A stretch of DNA of 64,000 bases from Camelus dromedarius (taxonomy: Eukaryota): the NCBI RefSeq assembly GCF_036321535.1, contig NC_087437.1, positions 11,348,001-11,412,000 of the forward strand. The letters are read 5' to 3'. The notes beneath the pieces were generated by a model. The model made no database searches, was not told where the DNA came from, and saw only the letters and a program-made list of their open reading frames with translations. This document shows, one piece after another, positions 33,998-47,070 of this stretch. The translations under genes were made by a program, and so were the position numbers. Position 1 is the stretch's first letter. Every line of letters begins with the position of its first letter.

Positions 33998-36854
33998 GCT
34001 CACTTAAATGAAGCATCACAGATTGTCACATTTAAAGCTGAAAAAGAAACATAGGCTATTATTATTTCCTATCAGGCAGGTGGATTTTTTCTGGCTTGGG
34101 TTTGGACTCAGAGGTGGGAGTCTTCCTTAGCCCTTACTTGCTTCCAGAGACGTCTATTAGTCAATAATGTAACTTAAAACTCTTGATCAAGGTTTAAGTC
34201 AAGAGTAACTTACTTGGACTAAATGGCTTTCTCTTAATAATTTCAACACTTTCCCAAATTCTGGTCTTTTTTGGGACTAGCTGTTTTGGGAAAGAAGCAG
34301 CCACTTCGTATGAAACTGGTCTTTACATAGAACTGACACTTTGGAAGTTAGAATGCCAAGGAAAACTTCAGCCGTGCTGACATCTACCATCTACTGATGG
34401 GTGGCCAGCTGTGTTGCACATCGCAGAGGTGGGTTTGTCTGCAGCTGTGACCTGAGATCCTGCTTGGCTGCAGCCGTGTGAACCTCCCTCCAACTCGCTG
34501 ATGCTCTGGTTGTCTAACCACAGGTATGGGCCAATAACAGCATGTTGTGATTAAAATGATGGAGAGCAGCAACTCTAAAGGACCATCCCCCCCCTCCCCA
34601 GGAGCTCAGCAGCACACCCCGTTAGGCTACCAAGGGGGGAAACCTTCCTCCGGCTCTTCTGCCCATTTCTCTGCTCATAGCCTTGACAACATGCTCACCC
34701 AAGCCCAGAGCGTCTGGTCCAATTAATGTCAGGAAGCTACCTGGAGTCCTGGCTTCAACATCCTCATTAGGGAATCTCTAAGATGTGAGCGATGCTGTGA
34801 TACAAGGACTCTTGGGGACCGCTGTGTGTCCAGAGAATTCCCAAGGAGGAAACGGGCATTATGTCATTAATCACAGGGCTGTTTGAAGGAAGGGACACTC
34901 AGGGTTGTTTCTGCTCATTGATGAAACAGAGGGTTAGAGGGATGGAGAAACTTTGCCCTCCAGCTGGTGAGAGGAGGAGTCGAATGTCAACCCAGAGCCA
35001 GTGCTCTTAATCACTGAGCCATACTGCTTCCCGCCCACGCATCCCCGAGCTGGGTGCCTCGATGGGCACAAGGATGACTAAGCTGTCCTCCTTCCCGTCC
35101 AGTAAGCTCGGCCTGGTAGGGACGACAGAGCTCACACAGGCAGTTGTAACCGGAGGAGGCTGTACCTGGCACTGTCAGAAGCGCGGAGGGCCGTGGAAGT
35201 GTGCAGGAGGGAAAGAGCAACTAAAAAAACCCAACTCTACCAAACACAGATGCTCTGCAAATCCTCCCTCCAACCTGCACAGGGGTTACGCCGTCTTGCT
35301 GGTCCAGACCCAGGTATGAACTGAGTGTGTTTCTGAATGGGGCTTGTAGAAAGTGTAGGTGACTGGGCTGACAGCATTCTGACCTTGCAATCTGGATACC
35401 TGGACAGAATACCTACATTGGCTTGTTTTTATGTTATTTGAACAATTGTCCTACAAAAAGAAGGTAATATGACCTTTGCAGAGATGTTACGAGGACTGAC
35501 TGAGTTCATACAAGGAAAGTGCTTAGGGTGGTGTCTCACGCATAGTAAGTGCTCGATATCTGAGTTGTTACTGTTATGCTTGGTTCATCAAGGGTTCTGG
35601 CAAGTTGAGGACTGGCTACTAGAGACTTAATTGCATGGGGTCCTGGTTATTTTGTTGTGCAGGAGAGAAGAGCTGGCAGGGGAAGCTGTGTTCGCTTCTC
35701 AGGGTAGTTGGGGTGGGGCATCGGGTGGGGAAGGGGGTGGAGTGTTCCCCAAGCGTCATTGCTGTCTGCTGAGAACTTGGTTTACTTCCTGCAGGGGGAG
35801 GTCTGTAAAAAGGGCGTCGTACTAGGCATACATTTGTCAGGGTGCAGTTTTTTATAAAATAATTCGTAACATTAGGAAAGCCTGGAATTTCCATCCTGTA
35901 GCGTGACACCATGTAAAAGAGATTTGTTAAGGGGACAACCTGCTTCTCTGGGGACAGGAGCTTTTGTAAAGTGGACTCTTTTAGGCTGTGTTGCAACAGT
36001 TAATGGCGGCCATTTGAATGGTCTCTGTTGGGATTTTAAGTGGTGCTTTCTTAGTGAGAGATCATTTAAATCAATATTTTTCACATCTACTTTCCCTCAA
36101 ACACCACGTTTTCTTGGTCCAAAAATGATTTTTATAGATGTGAGATGGAACATTTCAATTGAACCATCCCCAGAGTCATCGTTTATTGTAAACAAGACCC
36201 ACTTTCCTACCTGTTTTCTTGTATGAAAAGGAAAGAGAGTGGGCCTTGGTCACCAACTTGTATTGGTGGACTTACCTGCCATAGATAAAAATGAATTGTG
36301 TGATTTTTGGGGGAAAAACAGATTCATGTGATTTGAAAAGAAAGATTTCCAGGGAAAGGGAAATCAGCTAGTTTCTAAAAAAAAAAAAAAAATCAAAGAA
36401 ATAATGCAGATCTCACCTGAAATGAGTATGAATGTGTGCCTGCAACTGCCTCTTCTTAATTCCAAGGCAGGAGCCACCACATGTGGCCCTTGGCTTTGCA
36501 GTAAGATCTACAACAAATCTAAAGGGTTTCTACTTGTGGGTTCAATAAAATTGAGCAGAGGAAAAAAAAGACAATAAGTACTTGGGGTACTTGGGTTAAC
36601 ACATTGCTGTGTTAATCACCATGTATCTTGCGCATGTGCATAGGGTTCCCTTAAAGGTGGGCTAATAATAATGATAATCATAAAGGCAATAACAGTCATA
36701 CATCTGACATTTACTGAGTGCCTACTATGTGCTTTCCATCCTGCCAAGTGTCCTACATAAACCACCTCCTTTATTATTCTCAGCAACCTATGATGTAGGT
36801 GGTACCACCTAATCATAAAAGTTGGAGGATCTAAAATTAGGAGATGTGACTTCT

Positions 36855-36995
36855 GCTTTTTTTCCTTTTGTTTTATGAAGCGGAGGTAATTGGGTTTATT
36901 TGTTTATTGATATTTTCAAGAGGTACTGGGGATTGAACCCAGGACCTCATGCATGCTAAGCATGTGCTCTACCACTTGAGCTATACCTTCTCCAC
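36855..36995 (-). mobile_element. Camelid tRNA-Ala-derived SINE nested in a MIR (~36700-37080)
   Basis: Perfect 17-bp TSD taggagatgtgacttct at 36838-36854 and 36996-37012. MIR text continues on both sides. Confidence 0.95.
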
Positions 36996-38004
36996 TAGGA
37001 GATGTGACTTCTTTGCCCAAGGTTGTAAAGATTTTCAAGTGGGAGGGCCAGGAATTGAACCCAGGTATTGTGCGTCCAGACATTTTGCTCGAAATGACTG
37101 CACTTGACTGCCTCTCGCAGGAATAAAGGTTACGGTGCTTTTTCACATGGATCATTTCATACAATGCCCACAACTTCAATTTATTATATCTTTTACAAAT
37201 GAGGACACTGAGACTCAGATGTTAAATGTCTAAAGATGACCATTGGTAAATGGGAAAATCGAGACTCAAAGTTATGCCTCTTGACCTCTAAGCCAAGTGT
37301 GTTCTTGAAGAATCTGAGCTTCAATCTTTTCTGAGTGGAAGGTCCTGACAACTAATGGTCTATGTCACTCTCTGTGAAGGCAAAAACTGAGCAACCCTTG
37401 CACCTATGAGATATTTTTGAAAAACATGGTATTTCTAGCTCAGAATATCAGGTAGCTGAAATTTTAACATATAGAACACAAGGTCTGGTCAGGCTGACAC
37501 AAATTATTTGCAAAGTCCACTCCTGGTGAATCTGAAACTCCCTCCCCTGCCCAGCCCAGTATCAGCGAGGCACATATTACCTAAGTGGACGCAAACATTT
37601 CTTGTTAGATGTGAGACATTTTCTGAGTTCAGTACAGGTTATGTGAATGTTCATAAAATTAGAAGTTCTATTAACAATCCATTTGATTGAGGATATTATT
37701 CCCATTATTTTGTGGTTGAGCTCATGAGACTAAGTCTTGGAAATGTACCAACTGGGTAGGAGGGTGTGAGAATGAATGGACCCTCCATGTACCACCAGGC
37801 TCAATCTTGTATTAATGCTCAGAAAAGTTTATAAAGGGATTACCAATGAATATTCTCTTAATAAAGAAAAGCTAAGGGATATCTGGAAATTTGGGACATC
37901 AATAGTTGTTCAAAGGAAAGGTGGAATGGTACAAAGGATAAAGCTGGCTGACTGTGACTTACCAAACCACAGAATTTCCAACCCCCAAACTGAGTGCCAG
38001 TTTG

Positions 38005-38385
38005 TTACCTGTCCCGTCCTCCCCACCCAGGTCCAAATACACCCTTCTACTCTCTACTCTGTGATTCTGGGACAAACTCTTTCCCACAATGCCTCCCCTG
38101 AGGGTGTTCTATTTGATTCTGCCAATAGGGGGCACTAGAGGGTGACTGCAAGGTGGGAAGAGAGGGGGCCCTTCCTTCCCTCTCTTCTTCGTGCCCCTGT
38201 GAGTCCCTGCCAGCAGTGGCTGTGGGCTGCAGACTCAGGTCTCTTTCAGCATTTCCGGAAGCAGTCTCTGCATACCACAGGGGTTCCAGCACAGCTGGTT
38301 GGAGCCCTTTCTTAGCACTCTGAGTCCAACGCCACAGGACTGCTCCTCTGAGCATGTGTGAGAAATTATAGTCCTCAAGCTGAAG
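38005..38385. mobile_element. ERVL-type LTR fragment (LTR33/41/50-like) carrying a CTCF motif
   Basis: 'ttctgccaatagggggcactagagggtgactgcaagg' is typical of this LTR group as recalled. Confidence 0.55.
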
Positions 38386-41300
38386 GGTAGTCAAATGGAA
38401 GACTTCAAAGGATTGAATTAAAAAAAATACTTTTCAGCATAAAAATTACACCTGATCATACAGAAATGTTTGTGAGCACAGATAGTATAAAAGAGGAAAA
38501 CAATTAAAATTAAAATCTGTCCTCCTAGATTTAAACCCTGATATTTTCGCATATGCTTTCTGTTTTCTCCCCTTCTATATTTTTACATATTAAAAAAAAA
38601 GGATTATTCTTAACCAGTACTTGGTTAGCATTATCACATGACAATATGAGAAACTTAACTCTAAGAGGGATGTGACCTGCTTCATCACAAGAACAACTTG
38701 TCTCTTCCACTTTGGGACTCGACCTCTTTGGCAGGGCTGCTCACCTCTGACCCAGAAACTAGAGAGTGGCCAGGCCTACAGGCGCCCATCTCTGCTATGC
38801 CTGTCATGCCTTCTCTGTTGGGATCATAAATTAAACAAGAAATCTGTACATATTCAAGAGGAATGATCAGTATATTATGAGCTTGCTCCTAGGGTGAGTC
38901 TGAAAAATGTTGAAGAAATATGGAACACAACAGACTGCCTTGTAAGGAGTGGCATGTTTGGCCGAATAGTGGCACAAATACTGTACTAATTACCCCAGTC
39001 TGCAACATATTTTGCTACTTCTACACTCACTCATTCATTCGTTCACAACTATTACCAAAATATCTACCAAGAGCAAGGGCAAAGCACTGTGCTAGTTGCT
39101 GGATTCATAGACAAGATACATTGCTGCCTTTTATCACATAACCAGAAGAACCAAACTCTGGGAAGAAGGCATTAAAATACCAAAAAGCACATATATCCTC
39201 TTAACATTTTTCCTAATTAATAAAGCATCTTATTACTACATACATTTGTTCTTGGCTCACTCACAAGTACACTTTCATCAGCTCCTTGTACCCCTTGAGA
39301 AGTTTTCAACTATGAGATTTTCTCAGATAAAACTGCTTAGAAAAACTGCTTGTTGGCCCAATTCTTCAGTCTCCATCTGCCTTAAAATTATTTATGAAGT
39401 AGAAAATATGACTGTTATGAATTTTTATGCTCCAAGTAACACAACACAGTAACATGAAATTAAAGTGAAGAATGTTCAAGGCAAAATAAATGGAAACACA
39501 ATAGAAGATGAAGACCTTAACATACCTTGCATTCCTTGAAGGATTAAATAAATATAAAATAAGAAGGAATATTAAAATGTTGTTAATAATGTTAATCTAG
39601 AATTACATATCAAATGTCATAACCAAAAAGAGAGTAATTAGAGAATACCAAAATAAAAACAAAATAATTATAAAATGTGACTAGTGTTTTCTGAGAAAGA
39701 AATTTTTCAAGGGTAGAAATTAAGTAAAAATCCTAGAGACAAAATAATCTTCCCATAATACAATCAACTTAGAAATTTAAAAAAGAAAGAAAAGCAGACA
39801 TATATAAAAAGAAAAACTGCAATTACTTGGAAATCAAGAAAATTATTTCCTAAACAAAACAACTCATCAAGCAGATATAACCACTGTAATATATATGCAC
39901 CCAACATTGGAGCACTTAAATATACAAAGCAAATATTAATAGACCTGAGGGGAAAATTAGACAGCAATACAACAAAAGGAGGGGGCTTTAATACTTTACC
40001 TTCATCAATGGATAAATCATTCAGACTGAAAATCAGTAAGAAAACAGTGGACATGAATAATACTATAAACCAAATGAACCTAACAGATACATACAGAACA
40101 TTTCAACCAATAGCAGAATACACATTTTTCTCACATTCTCCTGGAAAGATCATTCTCCAGGAGAGATCATATGTTGGGCCACAAAACAAGTCTTAACAAA
40201 TTTAAGAAGGCTGAAATCATATCAAGTATAATATCTGACAATAATGCTATGAAACTATAAATCAATAACAGGAAGAAGATAGGAAAATTCATCAATATAT
40301 GGAAATCAAACAACACATTCCTGAACAACCAATAGGTTAAAGAAGAAATCAAAGGGAAATCGAAAAGCATTTTGAGACAAGTGAATATGGAAATAACAAC
40401 ATATCAAAACTTATAAAATGCAGCAACAGCATTTCTAGGAGGGAAGTTTATAGTGATAAACAACTATATTAAGAAAAAAAGAAAGATCACAAACAACTGA
40501 AATTTACATTTCAAAAGACTAAGAAAAGAAGAACAAACTAAACCCAAAGTTATCAGAAGGAAAGAAGTAATAAAGATTAGAGCAGATATAAATGAAATAG
40601 AGACTAGAAAGACAATAGAAAAGATTAACAAAAATAGAAATTAAAGAAAAAGATAAACAAAATTGACAAATCTTTGACTAGACTAACCAAAAACTAAAAA
40701 GGAGGACTCAAATAAAATTATAAATGAAAAGAGACATTATAACATATCACAGAAATATAAAGGATAAGAAACTGCTGTGAACAATCATACACCTACAAAT
40801 CAGATCACCTAAAAGAAATGGATAAATTTCTACATAATTACAGTTTACCAAGATGACTCATGAAGAAATGGAAAATCTGAACAGGCCAATAACAAGTAAA
40901 GAGATTGAAACAATATTTTTAAAACTTCCCAAAAAGAAAAGCTCTGGGCCATCTGGCTTCACTGGTAAATTCTACCAACTATTTAAGAAAGAATTAACAC
41001 TAATCCTTTTCAAAATCTTCCCAAAAACTTAAGAGGAGGGAAAACTGCCAAACTCATTGTATGAGGCCAATGTTACCCTGATACCAAAGCCAGATAAGGA
41101 CACTGAAAAAAGAAAATTACAGGCCAATATCCCTAATGAGCATAGGTGCAGAAGTCCTCAACAAAATAAGAACAAACTGAATTCAACAGCACGTTAAAGG
41201 ACCATACATCTTGATCACGTGGGATTTATTCCTGTGATGCAAGTATAGTTCAACACCACAAATCAAGACATGTGATACATCACATTAATAGAATGAAAGA

Positions 41301-43196
41301 TAAAAATCATATGATCATCTTAAAAGAGTCAGAAGAAGCATGTGACAAGTTTCAACACTGTTTTATGACAAAAACTCTCAACCAATTAGGCAAGAAGTAT
41401 CTCAACGTAATAATGGCCTATAATGGCAAGCTCACAGCTAACATCTGAAAGCTTTTTCTCTAAGATCAGGAACAAGACAAAGGTGCCCACTCTCACTAAT
41501 TCTATTCAATATAATTCTGGGAGTCCTAACCAGAGCAATTAGGCAATAAGTTAAATTGTCTCTGTTTGCAGATGACATAATCTAATATAAAAAGAACCCT
41601 AAAAACTCCACCAAAAAACTGTTAGAACTAATCAATGAATTCAGTTAAGTTGCAGGATACAAAACCAATATATAAAAATCAGTTGTATTTTATACACTAG
41701 CAGAAAACTATGTGAAAATGAAATTAAAAAACAATTCTATTTATAATAGTATCAAAAAATAAAATATTTAGAAATAAATTTAACCAAGGAGGTGAAAAAT
41801 CTGTACCCAGAAAACAATAAAACATTGATGAAAGAAATGGAAGAAGATACAAATAAATGGAGAGGTATCTTGTATTCATGGATCAGAAGAATTAATGTTG
41901 TAAAAATGTTCGTTCTATCCAAAGCCACCTAGAGATTCAATGCAATCCCTATCAAAATCTCTATAACATTGTTTCAAAGAAATAGAAGAAATAATCCTAA
42001 AATTTGTATGAAACCACAAAAGACCCCCTCAAATACCCAAAGCAATCTTTAGAAATAAGGACAAAGGTGGAGATATCACAATTCTTGATTTTAAATTACA
42101 TTACAAAGTTATAGTAATCAAAACAATGTGGTTCTGCATAAAAATAGACACATAGACCAATGGAACAAAAAACATAGCTCAGAAGTAAACCCACACATAT
42201 ATGGTCAACTAATTTCTGACCAGGGTGCCAAGAATACACAATGGGGAAAGGATTTATTTCTTCAATAAATGGTGTGGAAAAACTGATATCTACATGTAAT
42301 GTGGATATTGAAAGAGATGGAAAGAATGAAATTGGACCCTTACACCACTCACAAAAATCAACTTGAAATAGATTAAAAACTTAAATATAAGACTTGAAAT
42401 GGTAAAACTCATAGAAGAAAACAGGGAAAAATCTCCTTTATGTTGGTCTTGGCAGTGATTTGTTTGGATATGATGCCAAAAGCACAGACAACAAAAGCAA
42501 AAAAAAACAATACATGGGATGACATCAAACCAGAATGTTTCTGTACAGCAAAGGAAATCATCAATAAAATAAAAATCTATCTATGGAATGAGAGAAAATA
42601 TTTGCACACTATATATCTGATAAGATGTTAAGATCCAAAATATATAAGGAACTCATATAACACAATAGCACAATAGCAAAACAAAAACAAAAACAAATAA
42701 CCAAGTTAAAAAAATGGGCAGAGGGGCTGAACAGATTTTTTTTTTTTCCAAAGAAGATGCAGAAATGGGCAACAGATGTATAAAAAGTTTCTCAACATTA
42801 CCAATCATCATGAGAATGCAAGTCAAAACAATGATAAGATAGCATCTCACACTTGTTAGAATGGCTATCAACAAAAAGACAAGATGACAAGTGTTCATGA
42901 GGATGTGAGATAAGCAAGCCCTGAGAATGTACATTGGTGCAGTCACTGTGGAAAACAGCATGCAGATGCCTCAAAAAACTGAAAATAGAAATACCGTATG
43001 ATTCAGCAGTTTCACTTCTGGGTATATGTTCAAAGGTAACAAAATCACTATCTTGAAGAGATATCTGCACTCCAATTTCAATGTTATTGACAACAGCCAA
43101 GACATGAAAACAACCTAAGAATCTGTTGATGAATGAATGAACACAGAAAATATGATATGCATACAATGAAATATTATTCAGCCATACAAAAATCCT

Positions 43197-43390
43197 CTAC
43201 TGTATGGCACAGGGAACTATATTTAATATCTCATAATAGCTTATAATGAAAAAGAATATATATATATGTGTAACTGAATCACTATGCTGTACACCAGAAA
43301 TTAACACAACATTGTAAACTGACTATACTTCAATTAAAAAAAAGAAGCTATGGCTTGAAAAAACAAAAAACAAACCAAAAAAAACCAAAC
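43197..43390 (+). mobile_element. Young L1 3' end nested in the older L1
   Basis: 'ctactgtatggcacagggaactat..ctgactatacttcaattaaaa', with aaatcct repeated on both sides. Confidence 0.85.
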
Positions 43391-43660
43391 AGGAAACAAA
43401 TCCTGACATTTGTGACAACATGTATAATACCTGGAAGATACTATGCTAAGTGAATAAAACCAGACACAGAAAGACTTTCACGTGGAATCTAAACATGTCA
43501 AACTCAGAGAATTAGAGACTAGAACGGTGGTTGCCTAGGGACGGATGTGGGGGAAATGGGGAAATGCTAGTCAACATGTACACATTTTCAGTTATAAGAT
43601 GAATAAGTTCTGGAGGTCTAACGTACAGCGTGGTGACTCTAGTTAAGAATACTGTGTTGA

Positions 43661-43935
43661 GTGGGGAGGATATAGTTCAAGTGGTAGAGTGCATGCTTAG
43701 CATACACAAGGTCCTGGGTCCAATACCCAATATCTCCTCCAAGAGAAAAAAAAAAAACTAAATAGGTAAACATAATTAACTGCCCCATAAAAAAAAAAAT
43801 AAGAGGGGAGGGTAGAGCTCAGTGGTAGAGTGCATAGTTAGCATGCAGGAGGTCCTAGGTTCAATCCCCAGTACCTACATTTAAATAAGAAAAATAAATA
43901 AAACCTAATTACTTCCCCCCCAAAATTAAAAAAAA
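43661..43935 (+). mobile_element. Two tandem camelid SINEs (43661-43799 and 43805-43935)
   Basis: Two tRNA heads, with one outer TSD aagaat(a/g)ct(g/a)tgtt at 43645-43658 and 43936-43949. Confidence 0.95.
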
Positions 43936-46109
43936 AAGAATGCTATGTTATATACTTAAAATTTGCTAAGAGAGTAGATCTTAAGTGTTCTTGACACACA
44001 CACACACACAAATGTTAACTATGTAAGGTGATGGATGTGTTCATTACCTTGATTGTGGTAATCATTTCATGATGTATACATATATTAAGTCATCACATTG
44101 TATGCTTAAAAATCATATTGTAAATCTAAGTATATATAATTTTTATTTGTAAATCATACCAATAAAGCTGGAAAAAATTCAAATGCACTATGCATTTGAC
44201 ATTAGATATGTTAGAGAAAAAACACAAAGAAATGCTGAGAGAAGAATTAATAACATCAGAAAGCTTATAGAATTAAAAAACATAACAAGAATGAAAGATA
44301 TCCAAAAGCTGATTCTTTAGGAAAAACAAAACAAAAACAAAACAATATATAGATGAATTACCAGCTAACTTAATTAAGAAAAAAAATCTAAAAAGTTCAT
44401 GTAATTAGGAATAGAAAGGGAAATTAGTTACAGATGCTGAGAATTAGAGCAATGATAATAGAGGAATAACTTTGTGCAAATAAATAAAAATTTAATTAAT
44501 TGATTTTATTGAAATACAAAATAGCAAAACAAATAAAAGACAAATCCATATACAGTAATAATCGTGGGGAAAATAAACACCATCAAGGAATTCCCCTATT
44601 CCTTCTTTGAAAGTATGAAATCCAAATGATTTCCTGTACGGGTTATTTAATAGATTAAAAAAATGCTATTTAAACTTTTTGATAGCACAAAGAGAGAAGA
44701 AACAATCCCAAAGATTTTTGTGAAACCGGTGTAATTATGATACAAAAATATGAAAAAGACAGCATAAAAACAAACCAGCCCAGATCATTTGACTATATTT
44801 ATGCCAAAATCTTAAATAAAATATCAAAAAACTCTTGAGAACAATTAAAAGATCAACATTTCAGACAAAATGGAGTATTTCCAGGAAAGCAAGGATGGCT
44901 CAATATGAGCAACACGAAAATTGCTCATCATGGTAACAAGTGCACTGAGTGAAATGTATCTGATTGTGAAGGATGCTGAAATGGCATGTGATAACATTCA
45001 CTCTTTGTTCTCGATGACTTAAAAACCCACAGGGAAGGAACTCTATATGAATATTATCTTAACATAATAGTAAATGTATGGAAAATTTTGAAAAAAGAGT
45101 AGTGAGAAGAAATTAATCCTATTAGATAGTAAAATGTAGTCCAATCCCTTAATATTGAAAACAAGGCAGTATTGGTGCATGAACAGATACAGATCAATGG
45201 GACAGCACAGAAGTTCAGAAACAGACCCCAATATATGCGGAAATTGAGAATATGGTAGAGCTGGATTATTCAATTCATGGAGATGGGACAACCAGTAAAC
45301 CATCTAAAGAAAAGCCAAAGTTGAATCCATAACTTTATAAGATAAATTGGTTAATTAAGTAGATGAAAGATTTAAATGTAACAAATCAAAGTCTTAGAAG
45401 AAACAATAGGAGAATCCTTCAACGTAGAGAAGACTTTCTAACTATAGCACAAAATATAGAAAGTACCCACAATCTCACTTCTCAAGCAGCTGTAAAATCC
45501 ATATCTTGAACATCTCTAAAAGGAGATATATAACGTCTAAGTGTCCATTAATAAGGCCAAGGTAACAGACCATCTGATTATCACCCAGTGGAGTGCTTTA
45601 TGAATGTGAAAGAAGAATGACAAAACTCCTTATGAGTTGATATGGAATAAACGTTAGGAAATATTGTTACGTGAGAAAAACAGTGTATAACTGTGTATAT
45701 GGTATAAATCATCTGTGAATACAAAGGGAAAGCAGAACATATGAAAGTGCATGCAAAGAATGTCTATGGACGGACACACAAGAAACGAACAACATTGCTA
45801 GTCTATGGGGAGGAAACCGGATGAACTGACTGCAGACTTTTCAATGCATTTTGAATCCTGAACCATGTACAGAGTTTAGTAATCTGTTCAAAAGGATAAA
45901 ATGAGTACAAGTGACTATAACACAAAGGTGGAAAAATTTGAGGGAAAATTCAGACTTTACAAAATTGAAGACCAAATGCAATAATGTGATAGTGGCAGAA
46001 AATAAATCATACAAAAAAGAGAATGAAAAGCACACATGCTCTAAAACGTGCTGGATCTATATAGAAAGGTACACATCGGTCATCTTGTCTGAGTAGGACT
46101 CGAGGAAGG

Positions 46110-46630
46110 GCTGTAGCCTCAACTGCCCACAGGGGGTACACATTCATTCATTCAACAGATATACGTTGGTGCCAGCCATGCGTCAGGCACTGGGGACAGA
46201 GCTGTGTACAAACACGGGAAAAAAATCCCTGCCCTGGTGACTTTTGATCTAGAGAGGTGCACAGGCAATTAAGCAAACGTCACATAGAGCAAAAGACAGC
46301 CAAGGGGGTGGGAGGTGAGTCATAAATAGTGAAATCAGGCAGGTGATCATGGCAGTGAGGGTGGGATCGGAGGGTGATAACAGGCACCTTTATAAAGGAG
46401 GTGGCACGACTTCCCTCCAGAAGGGGATTCTCATGTAGAGTTGTGGGAGCAGTTTTCCCAGACCTTTCAGTTTTGCCAGAGCTTCAGAGGACACCACAAA
46501 TCCAAATTTGTACTGGAAATCTCCTGATTCTAAAATCTTGACTCAATTTTTAAATAAACCGCCACGATATCCAAATAAAACACATCTTGCTGGCCAAGGC
46601 TGGCCCCTGGGAGAGCCAGCGCAAATCTCT
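46110..46630. mobile_element. MER102-like element with an L2 3' end (~46140-46280) inside or adjacent
   Basis: 'aaatccaaatttgtactggaaatctcctgatt..aaataaaacacatct..ggccc', and L2 text 'cattcattcattcaacagatat'. Confidence 0.55.
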
Positions 46631-46649
46631 AAAGAAAAGAGATTGACTT

Positions 46650-47070
46650 TTAAAACAAACACATCAAACTTGTAAGCCCTGTCATCTGATGAAAATATGC
46701 ATGGTTTTCGTTTCTTGAAACATTTCTGGAACTCCTCACTGAAAACCAGTTGGCTCTTTAGAGGTTTTTATTTTTTTTTAAATTCTCACCACATAAGAAA
46801 ACCTGTATCATTTTGGACTTAAATCTTGTTTGGACCAAATGTTATTACTCAGCTTGATGCCTGATTTTATTCACCAGATTTGATTCTTCATAACATTGGG
46901 TTTTCAAAAAATCATATTTACACTCAAAAGCCCAAGGATGTGTTTAATAATAGTCTCTTGGCTTTGAAGGCAGTCCCAAAGAGGAGTAGCAAGTATTTAG
47001 AGCAAGGGCAGTGCCACTAAAATAAAAATGTTTTCTTCTTTTCCTTCTCCAATACCTATTGAAAAGGATG
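46650..47070 (+). mobile_element. Ancient mariner (MARNA-like) transposase fragment
   Basis: TAT TCA CCA GAT TTG = YSPDL at 46868-46882, then 'gctttgaaggcagtcccaaagaggagt..tttagagcaagggcag', which follows the recalled MARNA consensus. Confidence 0.7.

Larger units (their letters stand above)
39862..44177 (+). mobile_element. L1MA-like LINE-1, most of ORF2 (EN to RT to C-terminus) plus 3'UTR, pseudogenised
   Basis: IYAPN at ~39890, CPLS at ~41485, FADD at 41565-41576, and terminal 'aataaagctggaaaaaa'. Many stops and frameshifts. Confidence 0.95.
39390..45830 (+). mobile_element. Very old L1 (L1ME-like) remnants at ~39390-39860 and ~44180-45830, split by a younger L1
   Basis: Degraded EN text (MNFYAPSN) on the left, and collinear degraded ORF2 and 3'UTR text on the right. 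Confidence 0.7.

Noticed and set aside
39265..39380. Minus-strand exon candidate with GTGAGT donor
   Set aside because: Stops occur in all three frames, so it is at most non-coding.
39862..44177. Active or intact L1 ORF2
   Set aside because: Numerous stops, frameshifts and nested insertions, and no ORF1 or 5'UTR.
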